DNA from: a virus
Taxonomy: Duplodnaviria > Caudoviricetes
Strand: one strand, 5' to 3'
IMG/VR virus record: IMGVR_UViG_3300044613_003466
Span: 1 to 53,303 of that record
DNA length: 53,303 nucleotides
Part shown: one piece after another, positions 18,413-26,657 of the stretch
How positions within the stretch are numbered: position 1 is the stretch's first letter
How the letters are laid out: every line of letters begins with the position of its first letter
The notes under the pieces: generated by a model
What the model was told of the DNA's origin: nothing
The model's input: the letters and a program-made list of their open reading frames with translations, nothing else
The model's database searches: none
Program-made: the position numbers and the translations under genes

Positions 18413-18745
18413 ATGAATGACACCCCTTATTCATCACTTGAAATCAACGGCGTCAGGTACGTGCCTGAATATTACGCCGGCCCTGCTGCGTTGCCCGTAG
18501 GCGACAGAGCTGTTTTTGTTATTGATCGCGGATTTATTTATGCCGGCGACTGGTCTTTATCTAATGGCGAGTATACGTTAGCCAACGCGGTTAACCTGCG
18601 ACGATTCGAATCTATTGGCTTTGAAGGGGTCCTTGCTGACCCAAAATCAAGCAAGGCAACAATCGTAGCCATGCCTTATCCTGTAATTGTGCCAGCTGGT
18701 TCTGTGCTGTTCAGGGTACCCGTTCCAGCCGGGTGGGGGCTGTGA
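18413..18745 (+). CDS. Small beta-rich phage protein paired with a Gly-Tyr repeat peptide
   Basis: LEINGVRYVP...VFVIDRGFIYAG...LANAVNLRRF; stop overlaps the GTG of the next ORF. Confidence 0.65.
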   Translation: MNDTPYSSLEINGVRYVPEYYAGPAALPVGDRAVFVIDRGFIYAGDWSLSNGEYTLANAVNLRRFESIGFEGVLADPKSSKATIVAMPYPVIVPAGSVLFRVPVPAGWGL

Positions 18746-18927
18746 TTGCCTTAAGTCCGGTTGCTAGGCCAGTTGGCAATGGCAATGGCGATGGCTATGG
18801 CAATGGCAATGGCTATGGCGATGGCTATGGCTATGGCTATGGCTATGGCAATGGCGATGGCTATGGCTATGGCTATGGCTATGGCGATGGCGATGGCACT
18901 ATTTCAACCGTAACCAGAAGGCGATGA
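18742..18927 (+). CDS. Gly-(Tyr/Asn/Asp) repeat peptide
   Basis: GTG at 18742; encodes (GN/GD/GY)x20. Confidence 0.55.
   Translation: MIALSPVARPVGNGNGDGYGNGNGYGDGYGYGYGYGNGDGYGYGYGYGDGDGTISTVTRRR
18775..18894 (+). repeat. Tandem hexamer GGC(A/G/T)AT x20
   Basis: Direct reading of the sequence. Confidence 0.95.
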
Positions 18928-19165
18928 TTTTTTTATTCACCCCCTAACCCCACGGGGCATGGCGGGCAGTTCATGGCCCGGATATGCGCTCCCTGGCAAT
19001 ACCGTCTACTGCCCGGCCCTGGTGGTAGCAAGCAACGGCCTCTTGCCTGCAACGGGACCCGTCGAGGTTTACCGCTGGCGCCAGCCGTCACTGGAGGTGG
19101 GCGGTAACAAGCGCTGACCTGTAAGGCCCCTTTTTCTCTGCACAATTTCTCCTCGAGGTTAGGCC

Positions 19166-19600
19166 ATGATTTTCTGCATCGACTCTGACGGCGGCCGAAT
19201 CGGTCGATTCTGGTGGGACAACAGCGGCATGGGCGGTATTTTTGCCAGTGCCGGCCAATTCAATACCATTTTCCGTCCTGGCCGTTGTGGCTGGCGTGAA
19301 TCCTGGCCCGACGTAACTGCATCTTGGCCGGTTTCCCCATGGGGAAAGGGTGATTCTGCCGATGACTACTTTCGCGACTTTGCTGCCTTTGAACCGTGGT
19401 TTGATCGCATGACCGAAAACTGCAGTCTGGATAAAATTGATTTTACAATTATGGATATAACTGAAATGTATTCTTTGTTTGTTTATGTTTTTAACGCTGG
19501 CTTAGAAGCCGGCCAAAATCCGTGGCGATGGGCTAAAGATGTGGAAGCTAAATTGCTATGCCAGGCTGTTGAGCCGGTGGACCGGGAGGTTAGGCCATGA
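19166..19600 (+). CDS. Hypothetical phage protein
   Basis: GAGG RBS, first of an overlapping gene run. Confidence 0.55.
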   Translation: MIFCIDSDGGRIGRFWWDNSGMGGIFASAGQFNTIFRPGRCGWRESWPDVTASWPVSPWGKGDSADDYFRDFAAFEPWFDRMTENCSLDKIDFTIMDITEMYSLFVYVFNAGLEAGQNPWRWAKDVEAKLLCQAVEPVDREVRP

Positions 19601-19959
19601 GCACCCTTGCCTCCTTGCTACACCCGGCCTACGAACTCGCTACGAATTCTGGTGAGGAAATTGCAGACGGCGCCCAGCTGGTTAACGGCGAGTGGTGGCA
19701 TCCGCAGTTCGGCTGTGATTCGTTGCAGCGTGTGGTGGACAACGCCCGCGAGGCCCTGGTCCCAGATTTCGCCGTCCCCCGCGAGCGGTATCACGAGGAC
19801 GACGGCCCGGTCCTCTGGTGGCGGTTCCCGGTCATGGACGGAAAGCAACCATGGGTTGGCACGCCCAACGATTCCGACTGGCCTGGCTACCACACTCACT
19901 TCACCCCGCTGCCGCCCGCCCCGGTGGCGCCGACCCCATCACTTAACGAGGCCCCATGA
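19597..19959 (+). CDS. Hypothetical phage protein
   Basis: YHEDDGPVLWW.FP...PWVGTP.DSDWPGYHTHFTP motif; 4-bp overlaps. Confidence 0.6.
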   Translation: MSTLASLLHPAYELATNSGEEIADGAQLVNGEWWHPQFGCDSLQRVVDNAREALVPDFAVPRERYHEDDGPVLWWRFPVMDGKQPWVGTPNDSDWPGYHTHFTPLPPAPVAPTPSLNEAP

Positions 19960-20192
19960 TTGAACCCAAACCACGAACCGACGCCGCGCAGGCGGTGTAC
20001 GTGGCCGCCCATGAAGCCTGGGTGACAAAGGACGACCCAACCCCTATTGCCTCCGCCGCTCTCCGCGCTGCTGTGGATCATATTGACTTGCTGATCGAGC
20101 GTTGTAGTTCCCCGCAAGAAGCAGAAGGGCGTTTGGCTGTATTAGATGCCTTTCTTGCCATCGCCACCGAACTGGAAGGGCACAATGGCTAA
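19956..20192 (+). CDS. Hypothetical protein, paralogue of 20487-20726
   Basis: Shared AAQ.V..A...AA.RAA...LAIATELEG.NG. Confidence 0.6.
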   Translation: MIEPKPRTDAAQAVYVAAHEAWVTKDDPTPIASAALRAAVDHIDLLIERCSSPQEAEGRLAVLDAFLAIATELEGHNG

Positions 20193-20490
20193 TCACCTGC
20201 TCGGATTCATGGCCGGCTCCGGCTTGACATGGGTCGTTATGTCTCTCCGTCGCGATGGCTACTGGCGCGAGTTCAACGCTCGCCGCCGTAGCAGCAGTCC
20301 GACGTTGCCAACCGACGCGGTACCTATGGAACGGCTCGATTCGCAAGCGTTGGCAGTCCAGTTAGAGGAAGACGGCAAATACTTGCTGGCATCTGCCAGG
20401 GCCAATGAATGCCCCAAAACACGCGATCTGGCCGTTCGGGTGATCCGCGCTGCCTTTTTGTTGGCTGGTGGCTGGGGAGGTAAGCAATGA
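20185..20490 (+). CDS. Hypothetical membrane-anchored protein
   Basis: ATG inside the repeated AATGGCT junction; N-terminal hydrophobic helix. Confidence 0.5.
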   Translation: MANHLLGFMAGSGLTWVVMSLRRDGYWREFNARRRSSSPTLPTDAVPMERLDSQALAVQLEEDGKYLLASARANECPKTRDLAVRVIRAAFLLAGGWGGKQ

Positions 20491-20726
20491 CCACCCCCAA
20501 GCCACTAAGCCCCGCAGCGCAAACGGTACTGGATGCTTTTTGGAAGCAACCTGGCGACCGCTCAGCCTTGGCCGCTGCGTTTCGCGCCGCTGCAGCGCAA
20601 ATTGCCGCAGAGGAGGTCCCGCCCCATCTAACGGGCGATGTTTATTGGCCGTGGCGAAACGGTCGCGCTACGGCCGAGGAACATTTGCTCGCCATCGCCA
20701 CCGAACTGGAGGGGGCTAATGGCTGA
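20487..20726 (+). CDS. Hypothetical protein
   Basis: LSPAAQTVLDAF...LAAAFRAAA...LLAIATELEG. Confidence 0.6.
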   Translation: MTTPKPLSPAAQTVLDAFWKQPGDRSALAAAFRAAAAQIAAEEVPPHLTGDVYWPWRNGRATAEEHLLAIATELEGANG

Positions 20727-21186
20727 CCCCACCTTCTCGGACCGCCTGGCCCTGGCTGCGTGCCCCGTATCAATGGCTCAATCGAACCTCACAACTGCCA
20801 CCCCAATGTCAAACTCTAAACCCCCCGAATGGGATGAACTAAGCCAAGACACTCTTGACGTGATGAAAGATCTTGGCGAATTTCAGCCGACTTTAGATCC
20901 TGTCAAAAAAATGGTTAAAGGCTATACATACGACTCCGAATGTGGGCATTTCATAAAAACCTACTGGGATAGCAATTTCTTGCGTGCTATAGCAGCGGCA
21001 TGTCTTCAAGTTGCTGACTGGCTTGATGCGGTCGGGTGCCACCAGCCCGACACCGAGCCGTCTATCCAGGCCGGATGGAAAGCCCTGAAGTGTGAGCAAG
21101 ACCCGCGAATGTGGCCACCGATTGATCCAGGGAAGGTGGCGGCCGCGCTGGCCGTTGGCCGTGAGCTAAGGAGGCCCGATGCCTGA
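20719..21186 (+). CDS. Hypothetical protein
   Basis: ATG in the same repeated junction. Confidence 0.5.
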   Translation: MADPTFSDRLALAACPVSMAQSNLTTATPMSNSKPPEWDELSQDTLDVMKDLGEFQPTLDPVKKMVKGYTYDSECGHFIKTYWDSNFLRAIAAACLQVADWLDAVGCHQPDTEPSIQAGWKALKCEQDPRMWPPIDPGKVAAALAVGRELRRPDA

Positions 21187-21457
21187 CCCCATTTCAAACG
21201 ATGAGCTGGACTGGCTGATCTGGCGCGCCCTGCGGGATCGGAGCGACCGCGACGGGCACCCGACAAATGACAGCGATCTGGTGGCCGCCGCTGGGGGCAA
21301 CTGGCGCCGCATCGATTCCAGAATCCAGGCCATGCGCAAAGCAGGCCGGATCCGGTTCTGGAGGCACCCTCTTGCAGGTCAGGGCTTCAAGCCTCACGGC
21401 TGGGAAGTGCTCGGCTGCCCTGGTGCCGGCGGCAGCGAGGATGGGCAATGGCATTAG
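21179..21457 (+). CDS. Hypothetical protein, possible winged helix
   Basis: GGAGG RBS; WRRIDSRIQAMRKAGRIRF. Confidence 0.5.
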   Translation: MPDPISNDELDWLIWRALRDRSDRDGHPTNDSDLVAAAGGNWRRIDSRIQAMRKAGRIRFWRHPLAGQGFKPHGWEVLGCPGAGGSEDGQWH

Positions 21458-21557
21458 CGCGAGGGCTGCGCTGACTGCCTGCGCCGCGTTAGGCCGGATC
21501 CCGCTGATGGGGTGATCGAACCGCCTCCCATCATTGCTTTTGAGTGTGAGTTGAGGA

Positions 21558-22091
21558 TTGAGCCCAGCACCTAACACAAAACGCCCCGGCCGCCCTCGCA
21601 AGCCCGCCACCCTTAGGGCCACGCCAGAGCCCCCAGACACCACCCCGCCCGCTCCGCCACCTCCTAGCGGGGATGCAGTGGCAGCGGCTCTGATCGCCGT
21701 AGCGTCAGGCGCCGTGCCGGTTGAAGCCTGGCCCGTGCGAGCTGACGAGCCCCTCGACCGGCAGCAGGTCTGGGCCGGCAACGGCTGGCGGTTTGCGTTC
21801 TGGTGGCAGCTGGGGGTGCTCCACCGCCTGGCTGTGGCGCTGGCCCCTGGTGGCGGCCGGTGGGAATACGGCTGCGGCCGGTGGCCTGATTGGACGGCGG
21901 GCCCCGATGCCGTGGTGCTCGATCCGATTCATCACCTGCTGACCCCGGAGCAGCATGCCCAGCTGCAGGCACGGCTGCTGGAGTGCCCACAACGGCTGCG
22001 CCCTGCGGTGCCTGAGTATTTCCTGCGCCCTTGGCCATCGCTCAATGAGACGTTTCCGCCTGATGAGGACTGGCTGGAGCGGGCGAGCTGA
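21558..22091 (+). CDS. Hypothetical Trp/Pro-rich protein
   Basis: TTG-start ORF converging on the leftward operon. Confidence 0.45.
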   Translation: MSPAPNTKRPGRPRKPATLRATPEPPDTTPPAPPPPSGDAVAAALIAVASGAVPVEAWPVRADEPLDRQQVWAGNGWRFAFWWQLGVLHRLAVALAPGGGRWEYGCGRWPDWTAGPDAVVLDPIHHLLTPEQHAQLQARLLECPQRLRPAVPEYFLRPWPSLNETFPPDEDWLERAS

Positions 22092-22148
22092 GGGCCCAAC
22101 AGTTCAGTTGTCCGGAAATTCCGGATGGCTGAATTTGATGCGGCCATG

Positions 22149-22168
22149 AAAAGCCCCCGGATGGGGGC
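22149..22168 (-). terminator. Intrinsic terminator of the leftward early operon
   Basis: Minus strand GCCCCC-ATCC-GGGGGC-TTTT, a few nt after the stop of 22176-22370. Confidence 0.6.
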
Positions 22169-22175
22169 GGTGGGG

Positions 22176-22370
22176 TCAGTCGTCGTCTTTGGAGTGATCG
22201 CGGTGCCTGTCCCGCGCTTCGGCCTCCTGCTGCCAGCGCCTCAGATCGTGGCTGCGTCGCCGCGCAGCATCCCTCTCCCAGTTCTGCGATGCCTCCATGT
22301 CGTCGGCTGCGGTGACGCCGTGGGCCAAGCTGGTTACCTCGTGGGCGGAAACGATGACTAGGTGATTCAT
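22176..22370 (-). CDS. Hypothetical protein
   Basis: Short ORF between the repeated hairpin leader and the terminator. Confidence 0.5.
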   Translation of the reverse strand: MNHLVIVSAHEVTSLAHGVTAADDMEASQNWERDAARRRSHDLRRWQQEAEARDRHRDHSKDDD

Positions 22371-22461
22371 TGCCAGGGTGCTGGGTTGTTGGCTGGTTGG
22401 ATGGTGGCGGGAAAGGTGATGGGTTGCCGGGATAGGCTCCCGGCGACCCGCAGGGGGGAGA

Positions 22462-22764
22462 TCAGTAGATCAGCTCAATATCTGGGCTGTAACCTTGCTT
22501 GAGTACGCTTGCGTATTGCCTGCGGGCACATGGCTTGAGCGATGTGCGGCGTTGACCGTCATAGCTGGATTCAAAGGTGTGGCCATTGGCCAGCACAAAC
22601 AAAGTTTTGCCAACAATACTTACAGCTTCTTGTTGATCGGTAGCTTCAAAGATCACTACATCTTGAGTTGTAGTGCCTTCGTTGTTGATTTCTGGCTTAC
22701 ATGCCAGCACGGCACGGGTGACATTGTAAGAGCCGTAGTTGCTGCGAAAGGTGGTGACTGTCAT
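22462..22764 (-). CDS. Hypothetical protein
   Basis: MTVTTFRSNYG start downstream of the duplicated promoter. Confidence 0.55.
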   Translation of the reverse strand: MTVTTFRSNYGSYNVTRAVLACKPEINNEGTTTQDVVIFEATDQQEAVSIVGKTLFVLANGHTFESSYDGQRRTSLKPCARRQYASVLKQGYSPDIELIY

Positions 22765-22812
22765 GACTGGAGGTTGGGTGAGCGGCTCGGGTCCCCCCTC
22801 GCCTGTCTCCAT

Positions 22813-22870
22813 AATGTAACGCCTAGATAACGCCTTAGCCGTAACCAAGTGTGACGCTTCACAAATTGTC
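22813..22870 (-). promoter_or_regulatory. Duplicated leftward promoter/operator, copy 1
   Basis: 58-bp element repeated at 25419-25476 with TGTGA-N4-TCACA palindrome and TACATT -10-like box. Confidence 0.6.
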
Positions 22871-23107
22871 GCGTTTAGCTTTGGCCTGGCGGTGCAGGAA
22901 TACGCGCTCAGCAACCGCCATTTTCCCCTCCGGCGTGAATCGCTCCCAGCATCGAGAACACAGCTTCCCATATTTGCCGGTATGGCGCCGGGGGCAGCTC
23001 TCGCACGGGATCCGCCGGCTACCTGGTGCCAGGCTCGCCTTGCGCTGGCGGTAGAGGCGCTGGCGTTGGGCTGCAGGGCTGGGGTCTGGGGTGTTGGGGT
23101 CAGGCAT
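22859..23107 (-). CDS. Small Zn-binding protein
   Basis: CESC...CSRC pair, basic. Confidence 0.55.
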   Translation of the reverse strand: MPDPNTPDPSPAAQRQRLYRQRKASLAPGSRRIPCESCPRRHTGKYGKLCSRCWERFTPEGKMAVAERVFLHRQAKAKRDNL

Positions 23108-23262
23108 TGGATCGCTTGATCAATATGTCCCGTACAGCAGCGCTGGCATTGGAAGCACGGCGATAGGCACTGCTCTGGCCTTTAGTCCTTCGGATGTGAT
23201 CTGCAGATTCGATGAGGGCAAAATGGGCAGCTCGCAGTGCGGTTTGCAGTTCAGTAGTGGGG

Positions 23263-23520
23263 TCAGGCATCGGGCAGGGGAGGTAATCGATAATCGCCAT
23301 CGAGCCGAGGCCCTAGACAAATGTCGCCAGGGCGATGGCGGAATCCATGGTCCAGATCGACCACAACGTTGGGGCTACGGAGATCCACTCCGTACAGCCG
23401 TGCCAGCTTGGGGCTGCTGATGAAATGCTCTTGTCCGTCGTTGGCGCTGGTCACATAGCCAGGGCGCAACACGTAGCGGGGGCAACTGATTGCGCCGTTG
23501 GGGTCAGGCATTGATGTCAC
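23263..23520 (-). CDS. Hypothetical phage protein
   Basis: YVL.PGYVTS.NDGQ.HFI...LARLYGV...L.PR.DGDY motif. Confidence 0.6.
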   Translation of the reverse strand: MTSMPDPNGAISCPRYVLRPGYVTSANDGQEHFISSPKLARLYGVDLRSPNVVVDLDHGFRHRPGDICLGPRLDGDYRLPPLPDA

Positions 23521-23956
23521 GGGTTATGCCGCATGTGTAACGGCGTTGGAGCAGCTCTGCTACCACAGGTCGCAGCAGCTCTTGCAATTCCAGGTTGTAG
23601 GCGCTGGCAATGTCCGCCAGCCGGTCTCGCCGTCTCCGCTCTGCTCGGGCCATGGTGCCCCGATCCACCAGCCCCCAGGCGGCGGCGATGGTGGCAGTGA
23701 TCGGCGCCACCGCCGCAACCGGTTGACTGGGGAGCCGCCGCGCTGAGTCAGCAGCCAAAGCCTCGACCTGCTGCCGGCCCCAGGCCACGGCTGAGTAGGT
23801 GTTGACCGCTGCTGCGACCAGCGCCGCGCCGATCTGCTGGCGATGGCGCCAGATCCAGAGGCCCCCGGCTGCAATGGCCAGGGCTGCCAGTTGCAGCAGG
23901 AGTGGGGCGATGCGTGCCGCCGCTGCAGTGGGGTGAAGGGTTCGAGATTTGGTCAT
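23504..23956 (-). CDS. Hypothetical membrane protein
   Basis: Hydrophobic helices; 4-bp overlap with 23953-24243. Confidence 0.5.
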   Translation of the reverse strand: MTKSRTLHPTAAAARIAPLLLQLAALAIAAGGLWIWRHRQQIGAALVAAAVNTYSAVAWGRQQVEALAADSARRLPSQPVAAVAPITATIAAAWGLVDRGTMARAERRRRDRLADIASAYNLELQELLRPVVAELLQRRYTCGITRDINA

Positions 23957-24243
23957 GGGATTGGGGGCGCTGGGGGCGCTGGGGCGCTGGGCTGTTGGTT
24001 GGCTTGAAAGGATGTCAGGCATGGGGGAAGATTGGTAACAATGATCGGCTGTTGCGGCATTTTTCTGAAGCTTTCAATTAGTTGCTCTGTTAACCGTTTG
24101 CGGTCTTCAAGCAGCACATGAATTAGCTCGGCTTCTGTTATGCCAGCGTGCAACGCATTGCAAGCTATCACGTCATACAGCACCCAATTGCCAAGCGATT
24201 CTCTACTGACTGGGTAAGACGGCGGCTTGTGATTTTTGTTCAT
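23953..24243 (-). CDS. Hypothetical protein
   Basis: Follows the repeated hairpin leader. Confidence 0.5.
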   Translation of the reverse strand: MNKNHKPPSYPVSRESLGNWVLYDVIACNALHAGITEAELIHVLLEDRKRLTEQLIESFRKMPQQPIIVTNLPPCLTSFQANQQPSAPAPPAPPIP

Positions 24244-24298
24244 GGTGTGTCAACGCAAGGTGAATGTGTTGCCGGGAAGCCCCGGCGGGCTGAGGGAG

Positions 24299-24595
24299 TC
24301 AGGCCCCGATCCTGCGAGTAGCTTGATAGAACAAGCACACCAGCAAATAAGCTGGCCAGAGCACACCGGCGGAGGTGGCAATAAGGCGCAAAATGTCAGT
24401 TTTCTCTATCTGCAAGTTCCAACCATTGGAACTTGCAGATCCAGATAGATTCATTATTTTAAAGCGTTTAACCAGGTGGTTGGGCAACAGGGGGGGATGA
24501 GTGCTTTGCGTTTTTGACCAATAACCTGTTGCTACGCCAATGGCGGCGCCTGCGTAGGCGAGGGCGGCAAAAGTAAAGGTGGTTGTTGAATCCAT
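24299..24595 (-). CDS. Two-TM membrane protein
   Basis: Two hydrophobic segments; flanked by 30-bp direct repeats. Confidence 0.55.
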   Translation of the reverse strand: MDSTTTFTFAALAYAGAAIGVATGYWSKTQSTHPPLLPNHLVKRFKIMNLSGSASSNGWNLQIEKTDILRLIATSAGVLWPAYLLVCLFYQATRRIGA

Positions 24596-24643
24596 GGCGG
24601 AAAAGTAAAGGTGAATGTGTTGCCGGCAAGCCCCGGCAGGGGG

Positions 24644-25066
24644 TTAGGGTTCGCTGTGGTCATAGGCGTCAGGGTCTGCATTGGGATGAAAGCCATAAGG
24701 CCCGTAGTTGTTCCACCCGCTCATTTTTTGCATCCACCATTGGAATGCAGTTCTCCTGGTCGGATCGGCGTTTGGGGCGTAAATAATCCGTATACCCTCT
24801 TCTTCATTTTCGTTGGCTTTGAAGCGCTCTGTAGCGCAAAAGCCTGCGTAAGTTTGCCATCCGTCATAAGGGATGCCAGCGTTTTCGCAAACAGCCAGCT
24901 GCCATTGCAGTTCCAATTGCGCCATTGCATCCCGGTAACAGTAATCATCCATAGCCGCAAACCGAGCAAACTCGGCGTGGGCGGCTTCAGAAGATCCGAA
25001 GCGTTCGGCAAGCCAATCTTCAAAAACATGAATATTTCGAAGGCTGACGACTGAGGTTGTTGTCAT
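24644..25066 (-). CDS. Hypothetical protein
   Basis: ORF between hairpin leaders. Confidence 0.55.
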   Translation of the reverse strand: MTTTSVVSLRNIHVFEDWLAERFGSSEAAHAEFARFAAMDDYCYRDAMAQLELQWQLAVCENAGIPYDGWQTYAGFCATERFKANENEEEGIRIIYAPNADPTRRTAFQWWMQKMSGWNNYGPYGFHPNADPDAYDHSEP

Positions 25067-25198
25067 GGCTGGCGGTTGGGTGGCGGAGGTGGTTGGTTGC
25101 CCCCGGACTACTGGGGGCGGTTCGGCTCGGTTTAACGCCTATAGCCGGCTGGCGATCTGGATTTCGGAAGCGCTGGGGAGGCCCGGCGCTGGTGGCGA

Positions 25199-25372
25199 TC
25201 AGACGATGTCGGCGGCCTCCATGGTCCCGGCCATGGTGCGCAGGATGGCGTGCGCTTTGCAGAGTTCGACCTGGACATCGGCTGGCAGCTCCAGCCAAAA
25301 GTCCGTGCATTGGAGTCCTTCCAGTTCGTTGGCTGCGTTGGTGGCGTGTGCGTGAGGCAGTTCGTAGTCCAT
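25199..25372 (-). CDS. Hypothetical protein
   Basis: MDYELPHAHA start after promoter copy 2. Confidence 0.5.
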   Translation of the reverse strand: MDYELPHAHATNAANELEGLQCTDFWLELPADVQVELCKAHAILRTMAGTMEAADIV

Positions 25373-25418
25373 GGTGCGGGTGGCGATTGGATCCGGGGAT
25401 TTCCGCCCCGGTGAACTG

Positions 25419-25476
25419 AATGTAACGACCAGATAACGCCATAGGGCCCCAGGGGTGTGACGGTTCACAGATTGTC
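25419..25476 (-). promoter_or_regulatory. Duplicated leftward promoter/operator, copy 2
   Basis: Matches 22813-22870; lies at the divergence point of early transcription. Confidence 0.6.
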
Positions 25477-25493
25477 ATGGGTTGGGGTTGTTT

Positions 25494-25523
25494 CGTGGCA
25501 AACCGTGGCAAACCGTGGCAAAC
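25494..25523 (+). repeat. CGTGGCAAAC x3 tandem repeat (candidate operator)
   Basis: Three perfect 10-mers directly before a TG-N-TAGGTT extended -10-like box. Confidence 0.8.
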
Positions 25524-25571
25524 CATGGTAGGTTCTGGAGACGCGCCACCCCCGTGCGCTCCCCCATCCCC

Positions 25572-25820
25572 ATGATCACTGACCCCCGGCACCGCGAGCT
25601 ACTGCAACGGGCAATCGATGCCCAAACCTTGGTGGCTGACGAACTTCAGTCCGCTTTTAATGCCCGAATGGCCCTGCCAACTGGGGACCCTCAACGGCTT
25701 GAAACACGAGACCTGTTTCGCGATATCAAGGCGCTGGAGGCCTTGATCTCTCGCGCCCATGACCTGCTGACCGGCAAGGCCATCGCCGTCACAACGCTGC
25801 ATGGAGGTGCGCAGCCATGA
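25572..25820 (+). CDS. Hypothetical helical protein, first gene of the rightward operon
   Basis: MITDPRHRELL... Confidence 0.55.
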   Translation: MITDPRHRELLQRAIDAQTLVADELQSAFNARMALPTGDPQRLETRDLFRDIKALEALISRAHDLLTGKAIAVTTLHGGAQP

Positions 25821-25959
25821 CATTGCCATTTACCGGGGGAGTGTTCCTCGCCGGCGTGGTCTGCATCGCCTGGATCAGCGCAACCCTTCGAGCCCCCCAG
25901 GCTATGGCCCCGTTGCCCCAGCCTTTGCTGTTCGAGCAGCCTCAGCCAGTAAGGTATCC

Positions 25960-26301
25960 ATGAGCAAACAGACCCCAAAGCCCCGCCCCGGCCCTGGCAA
26001 GCGGGTTGCTGGCGCCATTTATGACGCCGCCGGTTATTCAGTCGTTGTGAACGCTTACCTGCCTGCAGACGCATACGAACAGGTAAAGCGGCTGCAAGAG
26101 CAGACCAGCGCCACTCAAGCGGCTGCCTTTCGCTTGCTGATTTTTCAGGGCGCCACGTCGCTTGGGTTTAAGGATTCGGTTTCTGCCGTAGAAGCCGTAG
26201 CCGCTGCCAATGGCGGGGCCAGCGAGGCCAGGGCCGTGCATCACCTGATCCGGCTCGGCGCCGGACTCAGCCCAATTCTTTCCAATCCTCCAACGCCATG
26301 A
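25960..26301 (+). CDS. Putative RHH-type DNA-binding protein
   Basis: VNAYLPADAYEQVKRLQEQ..ATQAAAFRLLI and a second SEARAVHHLIRLG helix. Confidence 0.5.
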   Translation: MSKQTPKPRPGPGKRVAGAIYDAAGYSVVVNAYLPADAYEQVKRLQEQTSATQAAAFRLLIFQGATSLGFKDSVSAVEAVAAANGGASEARAVHHLIRLGAGLSPILSNPPTP

Positions 26302-26657
26302 ATCAACCATCTGATTGTGTGTCAGTGGCTGAGTTCCTGGACGCCAAACGCATTGACGCGACGATTTGCCACCTGGGAGGCCTGCGTGCATCCTGGAAGG
26401 CCATGGCCAGGCCCCAGCGGATTGATGCACTGCGGGTTGCAGCTCTAAGCCTGGGGAACATTGCTGATCGGCAGCTCCCGTTTGATCAGCGCCGCACCCG
26501 ATGCCAAGTCGCTGGATCTGAAAACTGCATCTTGATGGGAGTACTCGCCCTGATTGCCTCCGCCCTGGCCTACACGGTAGGGGTTGAGCAAGGCCTCGCA
26601 CGGTGCACGCAGGGAAGGGCTGTGGGAAGTGCTGTGGCTCCGACGGTGGTGCGATGA
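26298..26657 (+). CDS. Hypothetical protein with C-terminal TM helix
   Basis: 4-bp overlaps on both sides. Confidence 0.5.
   Translation: MNQPSDCVSVAEFLDAKRIDATICHLGGLRASWKAMARPQRIDALRVAALSLGNIADRQLPFDQRRTRCQVAGSENCILMGVLALIASALAYTVGVEQGLARCTQGRAVGSAVAPTVVR

Noticed and set aside
18775-18894. GGC-NAT repeat as a DGR-mutagenised region
   Set aside because: Only the first base varies, the second A is invariant and there is no template; slippage or protein-level selection is simpler
23960-23992. G-run repeats (GGGGGCGCT) as a G-quadruplex element
   Set aside because: Explained by Pro-rich coding/leader sequence on the opposite strand in a GC-rich genome
22414-25120. Hairpin repeats as a CRISPR array or integron attC sites
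   Set aside because: Spacers are gene-sized, repeats are degenerate, and no cas gene or integron integrase is present
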